From positions 2,880,001 to 2,944,000 of the forward strand of contig OY762897.2 in NCBI GenBank assembly GCA_963666515.2: a stretch of DNA of 64,000 nt, written 5' to 3'. This document shows positions 22,419-33,500 of this stretch, piece by piece. Origin of the DNA: Candidatus Binatia bacterium (GTDB lineage: Bacteria > Desulfobacterota > Binatia > UBA9968 > JAJDTQ01). Under the pieces are notes generated by a model. It saw only the letters and a program-made list of their open reading frames with translations, did not search any database and was not told where the DNA came from. The stretch's first letter is position 1. Every line of letters begins with the position of its first letter. The translations under genes and the position numbers were made by a program.

Positions 22419-23315
22419 ATGAAACTGTTTGTGTGTGTTGTCGCGGGTTTGACCGCGCTGCTGCTCGCGGCGACGGCCATGGCCCAACGGGAAAGAAGGC
22501 CGCGCGCCCGCTTTCACACCGTTACGGAAAGTGCCGCGGTAAGGCTGGTGCCCGCCAACGAAACGGCCGGCCCGCCGAAGGTATCGATCGAAGTGTCCGG
22601 CGCCACCCGGACCATCACCTCCAACGGCATTCCGTCGCACACGGTGGGGACCTTCCCGAACCGCGGCAACCCCCACGCCATCACCCCGCAGGAGTACACG
22701 TTCACCGTCACCACGGAGCCGGCACCCGCGGGTGAGACGACCGCGTCGCGGCGCTGGCTTTGGGGCGTCGCAGTCAACGGCGTTCCGTTCGAGGCGCCTA
22801 CCGCGGAATTCTGGCACGGCGAACGCGGCGGCTGGAACTACGACGCCCTCGGCGGCGCGGTCCGGCTGGGGCTGGACGCCAACCATGCGCACGTTCAGCG
22901 CACCGGCGCCTATCACTACCACGCGCTGCCTACCGGCCTGATGCAACGCGTGGGTTGGAAGGCGGATGCTCATTCGCCCCTGATCGGCTGGGCGGCGGAC
23001 GGCTTTCCGATCTACGCGGTCACGGGCGACCTGGGGGACGGCGTACGGAAGGTGCGGAGTTCCTACCGGCTGAAGCCCGGCGCGCGCCCGGGGGGCGACG
23101 CACCCGGCGGCGCGCATGACGGCACCTTCGTGGAGGATTGGGCATACGTCGCCGGCAGCGGCGATCTCGATGAATGCAACGGCGCCGTGACCCGGTCCGC
23201 CGAGTTCCCCGAGGGCTCCTACGCCTATTTCATCACCGAGGGCTACCCCTTCGTCGCCCGCTGCTGGAAGGGAACGCCCGACCCCAGCTTCCGGAAACGT
23301 CGCCGGGGCCGTTGA
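22419..23315 (+). CDS. YHYH domain exported protein
   Basis: Signal peptide; SNGIPSH, GVAVNGVPF, AHVQ..GAYHYH, DGFPIY, DLDECNG. Confidence 0.9.
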   Translation: MKLFVCVVAGLTALLLAATAMAQRERRPRARFHTVTESAAVRLVPANETAGPPKVSIEVSGATRTITSNGIPSHTVGTFPNRGNPHAITPQEYTFTVTTEPAPAGETTASRRWLWGVAVNGVPFEAPTAEFWHGERGGWNYDALGGAVRLGLDANHAHVQRTGAYHYHALPTGLMQRVGWKADAHSPLIGWAADGFPIYAVTGDLGDGVRKVRSSYRLKPGARPGGDAPGGAHDGTFVEDWAYVAGSGDLDECNGAVTRSAEFPEGSYAYFITEGYPFVARCWKGTPDPSFRKRRRGR

Positions 23316-23357
23316 TCTCCACCACCGCGCAACACCCGCCACCCGTCGGCGCGCGAG

Positions 23358-23474
23358 GGCGTCCTTCGACTTCGCGACGCTTCGCGTCGCTACGCTCAGG
23401 ACGAGCGGTTGTGATGGCATTTCTCCGTTCGTCGTGAGCGTAGCGAGCCTTGGCGAGCGAAGTCGAAGGACGCC
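23358..23474. repeat. large compound inverted repeat (CTTCGAC...GCTCAGGACGA family) between convergent genes
   Basis: GGCGTCCTTCGACTTCGC ... GCGAAGTCGAAGGACGCC outer arms, plus inner CTACGCTCAGGACGA / TCGTCGTGAGCGTAG arms. Confidence 0.75.
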
Positions 23475-23508
23475 ATTTCACTGACCTTGGAAATTCTCGG
23501 ACAGGCGC

Positions 23509-24396
23509 CTAGCCGGACGGCCAGGGCATCGATCCATCCGTTACGATGAGGATCAGCCCCAGCGTCATGCTGGCCGCACCCAGCAGCCGGATCCTCGCGG
23601 CCCCCTCGCCGAGCAGCCGTATCCCCATGAGCGAGCCGATCAGGATGCTGATCTCCCGCGCGGGCGCGATGTGGCTCACCGGCGTGATCTGCAACGCGGT
23701 TAGTACGAAGATGTAGGCCAGGGGATTCAGCAGCGCCACCCCCAGCGCCTCGCGGCGGTGCCGCAACCAGTGGTTGCGAAGCTCGGGGCGGCGGCGCCAG
23801 GCGACGGGCGCCAGCAGGACGGTGCGCCCGCAGTTGGTGCCCCAGTCGAGGAGCAAGGGCGCGATGCCGATTGCGCTCACGGCGTTCTTGTCCCACAGCG
23901 TGTAGCTGGCGATCACCACCCCGGTGGCCAGGCCGTACGTCACCGCGGCCCCGGACGGCGCGCCGCGCCGGGACCAGGCACCGGCGCCGCTCAACACGAA
24001 GACGCCCGCGATGATGAGGATGCCGCCGGCCACGACCCCGGCGGTGGGACGCTCCCCGAGAATCAGCACCGCTCCGATAACCGCCAGAAAAGGCCCGGTG
24101 CCGCGGGCCAACGGGTAGACCACGGACAGGTCGCCCGCCCGGTACCCGCGCTGCAGGACTCCGTAGTAGAGCGTGTGCAACACGCTGCTGCCCGCGATCA
24201 CGGCGACCATCGTCGTGCTCAGGGCGGTCGGTCGGTACCAACACCACGCCAGCACCGCGGGAAGGTACAGGCCGACGGACAGCACGGCGAACAGCCACTG
24301 GAACGCCGGCCCGCCCTGCGCCCTCTTGAGCAGCAGGTTCCAGGTGGCATGAACGAAGGCGGCCGCCAGGAGGAGGCTGAGAGCGAAGAGAGTCAT
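23509..24396 (-). CDS. DMT/EamA family transporter
   Basis: Hydrophobic; AAFVHATWN, GDLSVVYPLARG, YTLWDK, APARE.SI. Confidence 0.9.
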   Translation of the reverse strand: MTLFALSLLLAAAFVHATWNLLLKRAQGGPAFQWLFAVLSVGLYLPAVLAWCWYRPTALSTTMVAVIAGSSVLHTLYYGVLQRGYRAGDLSVVYPLARGTGPFLAVIGAVLILGERPTAGVVAGGILIIAGVFVLSGAGAWSRRGAPSGAAVTYGLATGVVIASYTLWDKNAVSAIGIAPLLLDWGTNCGRTVLLAPVAWRRRPELRNHWLRHRREALGVALLNPLAYIFVLTALQITPVSHIAPAREISILIGSLMGIRLLGEGAARIRLLGAASMTLGLILIVTDGSMPWPSG

Positions 24397-24449
24397 GATC
24401 AGACAGACACCTAGACCTGACGGGGTCCTTCTGGCAAGAAGGTGGGGCC

Positions 24450-25616
24450 ATGGAGGAGGAACGGCTCTCGGTCCGCATCGTCCGGCGCATCAACGAGGTG
24501 ACGCGGGAGGCGTGGGACACCCTGGTGCGGGACGGCTCGCCGTTCATGCGCTGGGACTGGCTGGACTGCCTGGAGGACACGAGTTGCGTGTGCGACCAGA
24601 CCGGCTGGGCGCCGCACCACCTCGTGGTCGAAAAGGGGAAGGACCTCCTCGGCGCCTGCCCCATGTACCTCAAGTCCCACAGCATGGGGGAGTTCGTCTT
24701 CGACCACCAATGGGCCTCCTACGCCATGCAAGGGGGTATCCAGTACTATCCCAAGATGCTCGTGGGCGTTCCGTTCACGCCGGTGGCGGGATCGCGCTTC
24801 CTCACCGCGCCGGGCATCGACCGCCGGAGCATCGTCGCCGTCCTGGGCCGGGCGCTGGTGGAGATCTGCCGCGGCAACGAGCTGTCGTCGATCCACATCA
24901 ACTTCTGCGACCGGGACGAGATGGAGGCGCTGGAGGATCTGGACTTCATCCCCAAGATCGGCCTCCAGTTCCATTGGCAGAACCGCGAATACGGAACCTT
25001 CGACGACTACCTCGGGGCCTTCCGCAGCGACCGCCGCAACAAGATCAAACGCGAGCGGCGGGAACTGGACAACCAGGGCATCCGTGTCCGCGCGCTGCCC
25101 TACGATGAAATCACCCCCGACGTCCAGCGTACCCTGTTCGAGCTCTACAAGCACCACATCGACCGCCTCTACTACGGCCGGCAGTACCTGAACCGCCGCT
25201 TCTTCGACGAACTGCTGAAGCGGCCCTACCCCTTCATCTGCCCCATCGTGGCCGAACGCGACGGCCGCATCATCGCCGGCACCTTCAACATCCGCGGCCC
25301 GGACGCCCTCTACGGCCGCTACTGGGGCGCCTTCGAGGACCACCGCTACCTGCACTTCAACGTCTGCTACTACGGCGCCATCGAGCACTGCATCAACGAG
25401 TCCCTGGCCCGCTTCGAGGCCGGCGCCGGCGGCAGCTTCAAGAACCTCCGCGGCCTCGAAGCCGCCAAGACCTACAGCGCCCACTACGTCCGCGACAAGC
25501 GCTTCCGGGAGGCCCTGGAGCGCTACCTCCGGGAAGAGCGCTCCGAGACCCTGGCACGGCAGGAGTATCTGCTGGAGGGGAGCCCGCTGAAGAAAGGGGA
25601 TGGGGGAGGGGTGTAG
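24450..25616 (+). CDS. GNAT/FemAB-like protein (DUF482 type)
   Basis: YLKSHSMGEFVFD, YYPK...VPFTP, QFHWQN, LYGRYWG, LHFNVCYY, FEAGAGG. Confidence 0.88.
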   Translation: MEEERLSVRIVRRINEVTREAWDTLVRDGSPFMRWDWLDCLEDTSCVCDQTGWAPHHLVVEKGKDLLGACPMYLKSHSMGEFVFDHQWASYAMQGGIQYYPKMLVGVPFTPVAGSRFLTAPGIDRRSIVAVLGRALVEICRGNELSSIHINFCDRDEMEALEDLDFIPKIGLQFHWQNREYGTFDDYLGAFRSDRRNKIKRERRELDNQGIRVRALPYDEITPDVQRTLFELYKHHIDRLYYGRQYLNRRFFDELLKRPYPFICPIVAERDGRIIAGTFNIRGPDALYGRYWGAFEDHRYLHFNVCYYGAIEHCINESLARFEAGAGGSFKNLRGLEAAKTYSAHYVRDKRFREALERYLREERSETLARQEYLLEGSPLKKGDGGGV

Positions 25617-25658
25617 CCACCGTGAACACCAAGTTCCTCATCGCGACACTCAGGAGCC

Positions 25659-26849
25659 ATGAAGAAACCGATGGTTGAACCCGGCGATCTTGATACCCAG
25701 TATCGATCCGTCTTCGGCGACGTGTCCCGGATTATCGACGCGGCCAGGAGATCGGCCGTTCACTCGGTGAACGCCGTGATGACCGCCGCGTACTGGTTGA
25801 TCGGACAGTATATTGTAGAGTTCGAGCAATCGGGCGAACAGCGGGCCGCATACGGAACCGCGCTCATCGAGAGGCTCAGTGCGGATCTGACGGAGCGGTT
25901 CGGACGCGGGTTCTCTCGTCAGAACCTCCAACAAATGCGCGTATTCTACCTTGCCTATCCACCGGAGAAGATTCGCCAGACGATGTCTGGCGAATCGAGT
26001 CCGTCGCTGCAAGTTATTCGCCAGACGCCATCTGGCAAAACCTGGAGTGCTCTCAAACGGAATATATCGGCGACATCTGCAGATTCTTCGCTGACCGGTA
26101 TCGCTTCATCCTTTCCCCTCCCCTGGTCTGCCTATGTAAGGCTGCTATCCGTCAAGAACCTACGCGCCCGCGAGTTCTACGAAACGGAAGCTCTGCGCGG
26201 AGGGTGGTCGGTTCGTCAACTCGACCGTCAGATCGACTCCCAGTTCTACGAGCGCACCGCCCTGTCCAAGAATAAAGCGGCCATGCTCACACGGGGCAGA
26301 AAGCCACGGCCTGAAGATCTTGTGCTGCCTGAAGAAGCGATCAAGGACCCCTTCGTTCTCGAATTTCTTGATCTCGAAGACAAATATTCCGAAAGCGATC
26401 TGGAAAAAGCACTGATCCGCGGCCTGGAGACTTTCCTCCTGGAACTCGGCGGAGACTTCTGTTTCATAGGCAGACAGAGACGGCTGCGAGTCGGCCGCGA
26501 GTGGTACAGAGTTGACCTGCTGTTCTTCCACAGGCGGCTGCGGTGTCTGGTGGTGATCGACTTGAAAATCGGCAAATTCACCCACGCCGATGCCGGACAG
26601 ATGCATCTTTATCTCAACTACGCGCAGAAGCATTGGACACACGAAAACGAAAACCCACCCGTCGGGTTGATTCTATGCGCCCAAAAAGACGACGCTGTTG
26701 CCCGGTATGCGCTCCAAGGACTACCGAACAAGGTCATGGCTGCTGAGTACCGGACCGCGCTCCCGGACGAAGAGACGCTCGCAGCAGAAATCGTCCGGGT
26801 GAGGGAAGATCTAGATTCGTCTCCACGACGGAAACAGCGACCCATCTAA
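25659..26849 (+). CDS. YhcG/DUF1016 PD-(D/E)XK nuclease-domain protein
   Basis: GRGFSRQNL, WSVRQL.RQI, KDPFVLEFL, FLLELG..F.F.GRQ, DLLFFH..L..LVVIDLK, GQM..YL. Confidence 0.92.
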   Translation: MKKPMVEPGDLDTQYRSVFGDVSRIIDAARRSAVHSVNAVMTAAYWLIGQYIVEFEQSGEQRAAYGTALIERLSADLTERFGRGFSRQNLQQMRVFYLAYPPEKIRQTMSGESSPSLQVIRQTPSGKTWSALKRNISATSADSSLTGIASSFPLPWSAYVRLLSVKNLRAREFYETEALRGGWSVRQLDRQIDSQFYERTALSKNKAAMLTRGRKPRPEDLVLPEEAIKDPFVLEFLDLEDKYSESDLEKALIRGLETFLLELGGDFCFIGRQRRLRVGREWYRVDLLFFHRRLRCLVVIDLKIGKFTHADAGQMHLYLNYAQKHWTHENENPPVGLILCAQKDDAVARYALQGLPNKVMAAEYRTALPDEETLAAEIVRVREDLDSSPRRKQRPI

Positions 26850-26989
26850 TGAACCCGAGATGCCAAGCCGATGGAGGTCAGAGCGCGTTATCCGGCATTC
26901 TTGCGTTGTGGGCCAGCCCGGCCCTTGGCCCGGAAACCAGCGTAAAGCTTGAGATTCAGGATTGTGATTTCTACTGTAGAAGGTGAGTC

Positions 26990-27862
26990 ATGACGGATGA
27001 ACAAGGGGACCTCCCCCTGAAAATGATCGACACAGTGACCGGCACGAACTCACCCGAGAGTCGGCCCGATCTGATGAAGGCACTCCAGAAGGCGCTGAAG
27101 GCGGCTGCCCCACTCGCTAGGCCAAGCAAGGCAACAAGCCCTGGAGAACGACTCCCCGCTCTGGGCAAAGTCATCACGGCACTCAGGGCGATCGATGTTG
27201 AAAGCGTACTCCGGGATCTGGAGACCGAGCAGGCTGCTCTTGCTCAGAGGAGGGACGACGCTTTCGCACGCCGACGTGAAGACCTCCTGCGGGCCGCAAA
27301 GGAAGCTGGGTGCCCTTCACGTCGCCTGAAGAGCTACGACTTTGTCAGTGGCTTCCGAGTGAATTACAAACAGGACCGCGTAACATTGATTCTCGGAAGC
27401 GAGCCTCACGAGGTTTTCGCCGAAGTAGACGGAACTCGGCTGTTCTCGCGTATCAGAGAGGCAAGGGGAAAACTCGAAGGATTCCCGTTCACGCGCGCCG
27501 ATTTCTTTCGGTCAATAAAGGACGCCATAGGTTTCGCCCGCATGCAGGGGCAATACCCTGACGGCAAGGTTCCGATTCGTGAGATCTATCCACTGGTGGT
27601 GCTCGTCCGGCTTAGTTACAACGCGGATTTCCTCAAACACCCCGACTCAAAGTCCTTTTCCGACTACTCAATGACGCAATTCGTTTACGACTTTGCACGG
27701 TTTGGTCTTGAGAACTGGAGTCTGGAAAACGAGCGCTTGGCTAACCAGCCGCCAAACATGGCTACAGCCGCAAAAGCAGTAACACTCCCATCTCTCCATG
27801 GCGACGGTAGCGGCGGCCCCCAACTCGGAGCGGTTTCAATTCAGAGGGTTGCGTCGCTGTGA
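26990..27862 (+). CDS. hypothetical protein, translationally coupled to the downstream ATPase
   Basis: 290-aa ORF; the stop overlaps the next GTG start (GTGA). Confidence 0.75.
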   Translation: MTDEQGDLPLKMIDTVTGTNSPESRPDLMKALQKALKAAAPLARPSKATSPGERLPALGKVITALRAIDVESVLRDLETEQAALAQRRDDAFARRREDLLRAAKEAGCPSRRLKSYDFVSGFRVNYKQDRVTLILGSEPHEVFAEVDGTRLFSRIREARGKLEGFPFTRADFFRSIKDAIGFARMQGQYPDGKVPIREIYPLVVLVRLSYNADFLKHPDSKSFSDYSMTQFVYDFARFGLENWSLENERLANQPPNMATAAKAVTLPSLHGDGSGGPQLGAVSIQRVASL

Positions 27863-28748
27863 AGCCATTGGAAGTGCTGGCTCATCTCGGAGAATTGGGA
27901 ACGCCACCGGATGAGCAAACGGCGTTGCGTATGTCGGCCGGCTTGGAGACGTCGTTGCAAAGAATCGACGACGAGACCCTTCCTTTCATTGCCATGGGCG
28001 GTGGCGAGCTTCAGTTTGTCTATGGGCCGTACGGGCGCGGGAAGACGCATTTCCTCAAGGCTCTGGCACAACGGGCGCGCGACCGCGGTTTCGTCACTGC
28101 CTATGTGGATTGTCAGGAGAACGAGAGTCCCTTCCAGTCATTGACGGCAACATACCGCGCGATCGCCGCAAGCATGACGCCACCTCTACCACACCGCTTT
28201 TTTGCCACGTCTGGTGTTACAAGGATCATTGAAGCGCAATTCATCCACAAGGACAAAACCGAACAACAGACGCTGATAGACCGCTTGAAAAGCAACAAAG
28301 CCATGATACCGGATTTTCGAAACCTCGTTTTAGCTTACTGCACCGAGGCTGTGCTGGCTGGGAGCGACGAACATCTTGCGGAACGCCTGGAGGCTCTCCT
28401 CGCCGCCTCACCAACCTATCGAGTGAGGGTGGGCGCGTTGTACCGGGAACACACGGGACTGCCAAGGCCTTTGGGAAAACTCAGTCGGCGCAATGCAGCC
28501 GGATGGCTCCGAGCGTTGCTTTCACTTCCACGTGAGCTCGGGTTCGCTGGGATGCTTGTGCTGTTTGACGAAACCGAAACTGTCCTGTCGCCCCGAGGTA
28601 AGCATCGGCAAGTGCATCTCGCGCACATCCGTACTTTGATCGATCACATGGCGACTGGCGCGTTTCGTGGTTGTGCCATATACTACGCGACGGCCGAGGA
28701 ATTCGGCGAGACCATGAAGGATTTAGAGGCATTAAATCAGCGCATTGA
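27859..28748 (+). pseudogene. DUF2791/BrxD-like P-loop ATPase truncated by IS1380
   Basis: FVYGPYGRGKTHFL Walker A, GFAGMLVLFDETE Walker B, EALNQRI. The IS end starts at 28749 and the ORF reads into the IS to a stop at 28848. Confidence 0.75.
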
Positions 28749-30413
28749 CCCGTCAGTTGCAAAACGCCCTCTTGAAGAGCCCGCTCAGGCCGTCCTACAA
28801 AGGCTCTCCGGTGTCATACGGCAAATAGCTCAGGCTCACCATCTGTGAAGCTAAGCCACAGCCGCCCGTGAGATAAAATCGAGGGGGGTTGTTGCGACAT
28901 TTTTTCGAACAAAACGAGGTGAGCTCAAGGATGTGGTCTCCGAAACTGATATAATCATCGTTGGTATCATCCCAATACCCGATGAAACGGAGACCACGAA
29001 ATGAAACTTAGCAGAACCGCGGTTCGAGGTAAAGCCACGCTGGGCATGGAGGTTCGATTCGAGCCGCAGAAACTGACATCGTATTCGGGGCTCATCCTCT
29101 TTCAGTGCTTCTTTTCCCACCTGGGTCTCAAGGAGCGGCTGGGGCGGTGCTTCCGCCACCTGAAAGCCAATCCGATCTACGGTCACCACGTCGTGTTGCT
29201 GCTGCTGGTGGTGCATCTCATCATCGGACACCGACAGTTGCAAGACTTGGCGTACTACCGGGATGATGAACTGGTCCGGCGGTTGCTTGGGCTGAAACGC
29301 TTGCCGGACGTGTCTACCGTGAGCCGCTCGCTGAAGAGTGCCGACGCGTGCAGCGTCGACAACGTCCGCGCCGAGTCGAGAACGGTGGTCATCGAGCGCC
29401 TGGTGGCCGAAGGTTTCGCGACTATCACCCTGGACTTCGACGGCTCGGTCTTGAGCACCGGGCGCCACGCCGAGGGCACCGCGGTGGGGTTCAACAAGAA
29501 GAAGAAAGGGGCGCGCAGCTACTACCCCCTGTTTTGCACCGTGGCCCAGACCGACCAGGTGCTCGACGTGCACCATCGGCCGGGAAACGTCCATGACTCC
29601 AAGGGCGCCGATGCCTTCATCCAGGGCTGTGTGTGCACCGTGCGCGCAAGCCTGCCCCGGGCCAGGATCGAGGTGCGCATGGACAGCGCCTTCTTCAGCA
29701 GGGATATCGTCGACCGGCTTCACTCCCTGGGTGTCACCTTCACCGTCTCGGTGCCCTTCGAGCGCTTGGCCGAACTGAAGGGGATGATCGAAGGCAGACA
29801 ACGATGGCGGCCCATGGCCAATGGACTCGGCTACTTCGAGACCCGCTGGAAGCCCAAGTCCTGGAACACCCGCTATCGCTTCGTCTTCATCAGAAAACCC
29901 GTCCGATACCAGGACAAGGAGGAAATCCAACTCGACCTCTTCAAGCCGGTCTCCCATGGGTACGAGTTCAAGGTCATCGTCACCAACAAGAGAATCCGCC
30001 CACGCAACGTGGCGCTCTTCCACGAAGGACGGGGATCCCAAGAGGGTATCTTCGCCGAGTTGAAGTCCCACTGCCAAATGGGCTACGTGCCCGTCAAAAC
30101 ACGCGTCGGGAACCAGTTGTACATGTTCGCCAGCATCCTCGCTCACAACCTCACCCGCGAACTCCAGATGCGAATCCACCCCCGTGAGCGTTCCACCACA
30201 GCCAAGCGCCCCGCCCTGTGGTGCTTCCGCGAAATCGGAACCCTGCGCCGTACCCTCATTCAACGAGCCGGACGTATCATTCGCCCCGCCGGCAAGCTCA
30301 TCCTGTCGATGAATACCAATCCGAATCTCGAAGCAGAACTGCGTCACGCCCTCGCAGCCCTCACGCCCCGCGCCTGACTCTTAAATTCAGCCGTGGTTTT
30401 TGCAACAATCGAG
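28749..30413 (+). mobile_element. IS1380-family insertion sequence
   Basis: Imperfect ends CCCGTCAGTTGCAAAA and TTTTGCAACAATCGAG around the transposase; no matching target duplication; boundaries approximate. Confidence 0.75.
29001..30377 (+). CDS. IS1380 family transposase
   Basis: LTSYSGL, PDVSTVSR, TLDFDGS, SYYPL, RPGN, VRMDSAF, RG..E..F.ELK, LAHNL. Confidence 0.9.
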   Translation: MKLSRTAVRGKATLGMEVRFEPQKLTSYSGLILFQCFFSHLGLKERLGRCFRHLKANPIYGHHVVLLLLVVHLIIGHRQLQDLAYYRDDELVRRLLGLKRLPDVSTVSRSLKSADACSVDNVRAESRTVVIERLVAEGFATITLDFDGSVLSTGRHAEGTAVGFNKKKKGARSYYPLFCTVAQTDQVLDVHHRPGNVHDSKGADAFIQGCVCTVRASLPRARIEVRMDSAFFSRDIVDRLHSLGVTFTVSVPFERLAELKGMIEGRQRWRPMANGLGYFETRWKPKSWNTRYRFVFIRKPVRYQDKEEIQLDLFKPVSHGYEFKVIVTNKRIRPRNVALFHEGRGSQEGIFAELKSHCQMGYVPVKTRVGNQLYMFASILAHNLTRELQMRIHPRERSTTAKRPALWCFREIGTLRRTLIQRAGRIIRPAGKLILSMNTNPNLEAELRHALAALTPRA

Positions 30414-30581
30414 TATATCCAGCTAACCGCAAAGGGTTGGGAAACAAAGAGTCTGCATCAGGTAAATTCTTTGTCGCGCGACGATGTTTTTGAAATCCCG
30501 TGGGAGGAGTTTCGCTGGTACAAGGCATGGCGCAAAAAAGGAGAAGAGCTAAAAGCTCGGCAACAGGGCAAAGGGCAATGA
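30414..30581 (+). pseudogene. orphan 3' fragment of an unidentified gene left of the Res-like gene
   Basis: Open frame directly after the IS end (YIQLTAKGW...KGQ*); the stop overlaps the next ATG (ATGA). Confidence 0.55.
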
Positions 30582-33500
30582 CCGTCCTCCAGAACCGCCT
30601 CGCCCTGCATCGATTCATGTGCCGGGAGTTCGGCTACGACGACATGAGCGCGATGCTCGAACGGTTGAACCAAGCGCTCAATGAACTAAATGCCGGCAGT
30701 GGCAGTGAGTATGCTCGGGCGTTGTATCTGAGCCCTACTCGCTCACGAGTGACCCTCGACCAACTTGCCGACTACGACGCCAACATTGTAGTACACAGTC
30801 AACGGCTGCGCATGACGGGCGAACAGGGGCGAACCTGGAAACCGCACCAATACCTTGCCCTGCTGTTCACCGAACATTACCTATGCCGCTACTTCGACGA
30901 TCCCGAGGCACTGCGGGCGGATCTCAACGAAGCGAAAGCCCGGTACCGACCGACCTTCTCCATGCCCGATTACATACCGGACGACCTACACACCTTGGCC
31001 TTTCAGAGCGCGACCGGTTCGGGCAAGACGCTCCTGATGCACGCCAACATTCTGCAGTACCGGCACTATCTGCGGCGCGCCGGCGGTCGCTTGAACAACG
31101 TCGTGCTGGTAACGCCCAACGAGCAAATGTCGGCACAACACGAGAGGGAGTTGCGCGCAAGCGGCCTGCACGCACGGCTGTTTTCCAGCGAGGCCGGCTC
31201 GGACCTATTCGCGCCGGTCGAGATCATCGACCTGAACAAGCTGGCAGAGAGGAAAGGCGTCAAACGCGTTGCCGTCCGGGACTTCGGCGACGACAACCTC
31301 GTGCTGGTCGATGAAGGGCATATGGGCGCATCCGGCAACGTCTGGCGCGAGCGCCGCAAGGAACTCTCTCGTGGCGGCTTCACCTTTGAATACTCAGCCA
31401 CCTTCAATCAGGTCGCGGGCAGCAAGGCCGAGGACCTGCTGCACGCTTACGGCAAGTGCCTGCTGTTCGATTACCCCTATCGCCGGTTTCACGAGGACGG
31501 CTACGGCAAGGACTATGCCATCCTGAACCTGCCGGGTGGAGTGCAGGACCAGAACAGCCTCATGTATCTGTTGGGCTGTTTGTTGACCTTCTACCAGCAA
31601 TGCCGGATCTGGCGGGACAAGGGCGCATTCTGGCAGACATTCAACCTGGCGAAGCCCTTGTGGGTGTTTCTGGGCAAAACGGTGACGGGATCAAGCAAGG
31701 CGGACCAGGCCACGCAGTCCGACGTGGTCCGCATCCTGCATTTCCTCGGCTGGGTGTCGGCACACGGCAAAGAAGTGCAGTCCATGATCGACCGTCTGCT
31801 CGCCGGACAGTCGGGTTTGCTCAACGACGCCGGGCGCGATTATTTCGCCGGCCGCTTTCCCTACGTGCCTCGGGCGGGAGAAGCCATCTACACCGATCTG
31901 TGCGAGACATTGTTCCACGGAACGGGGCGACTGCACGTCGTCTATCTAACCGCCGGCGAGGGGGAGTTGCACCTTCGCACCGCAGACAACGACCCCTTCG
32001 GCGTAGTCAACGTCGGGGACGCTGCATCTCTCTACAAGTTGCTCATCGAGAACACCAATCCCGACTTCGATGTCGAGCGGGAGATGGGGTTCGCGGCTCG
32101 GTTGTTCAACGACGTGGACCGGCCGGACTCGACCGTGAACATCGTGATCGTCGCCCGGCGCTTCATTGCCGGCTGGAACTCCTGGCGCGTGAGCACCATG
32201 GGGCTGATGCATGTCGGCGTCGGTGAAGGGCCGGAGATCATCCAGATGTTCGGACGCGGCGTGCGCCTGAAGGGCTGGAACATGAGCCTGAAGCGACACC
32301 GCAAGGCCGGCGTCGAACCGCCCGCGGACGGCGATCAACTGGCGGAACTGGAGAAACTCTACATCTTCGGGCTTCGCGCCAACTACATGCAGACCTTCCG
32401 GGATCTGCTGGAAAAGGAAGGGATGCGGACTGAGCAGGAAACATTTTCCCTGCCCGTTACCTGGAACTTCGCCAAGAAGACGGACTTGAAGCTGATCCGG
32501 CTCAAAGAGGACCGTAGATACGAGCTTTCCAGTGATCGACCGGTTCTACCTGACCCAAATGACGCCGGAAGCCCCTTCGTGGCGCTGGACCTTTACTCCC
32601 GGCTTCAATCCGTTGCCTCTGACAGTGCTGCGACGGGCGAGGGAACAGGCGCCGATTCGGCCAGCCTCAAGCCCTACGCCTGCTTCTTCGACGTCTCTCG
32701 CGTCTACGAGAGGCTGTTACGCCGGAAACAGCGGAAGGGATGGCACAACCTGCAGATCGAGCGAGGACGGTGGAGCGGCTACTACAGAGCGACGGTTGGT
32801 ACGAGCTTTATCTGCCGCCGGAGCGGTTGAACGTCACCGAGTTCCGGCAGCTATTCGACCTGGAGAACATCGCCCTGGACCTGATCACCGAGTATGCCGA
32901 CAGATTCTGGCGCGCAAGGCGCCGACGCTGGGAGCACGACGAGATCGAGGTTGTCACACTGGATGAGGACGACCCCAACAACACTGGAAGCTACGAGCTG
33001 TCGGTGGATACGACTGAGAACCAATTGGTGAAGGACGCCGGCGAGTTGGCATACGACGTCCGGGAAGGACGCTTCGACGACCTGAAAGACTGGTACGAGC
33101 ATCTGAAGATCGGCGTCGTTCGGACAAATGCCCATGCCTACCGACCCTTGCTGTATGTCCGGAAGGACCGCGTCATTACGATTCAACCCGTTCCCCTTGA
33201 CGAGAACGAAAAGCGTGTCGTCGAGGGCCTGGAAGAATTGGCCCGAAAGGGCGACGCCTGCCTGCAAGGCAAGGAGTTGTTCCTCATCCGTAACCTGACA
33301 CGCGGTCGCGGCATCTCGTTCTTCGACGACTTCGGGTACTACCCGGACTTCATCGTGTGGTTGAAAGAGGGAGTGCTTCAGCACGTTCTTTTCGTGGACC
33401 CGAAGGGATTGAGCCGCTTTGGCGAAAAAGAACGCCAAAAAGTGGACCTTCACCACGACATTGCGGCAATTGAAGAGCGGATGCGCCGAGACGACCCGAA

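Noticed and set aside
28851-30347. 498-aa minus-strand ORF within the IS1380
   Set aside because: Antisense to the transposase, with no recognisable domain.
32755-32775. Programmed frameshift in the Res-like gene
   Set aside because: No slippery heptamer or homopolymer run at the junction.
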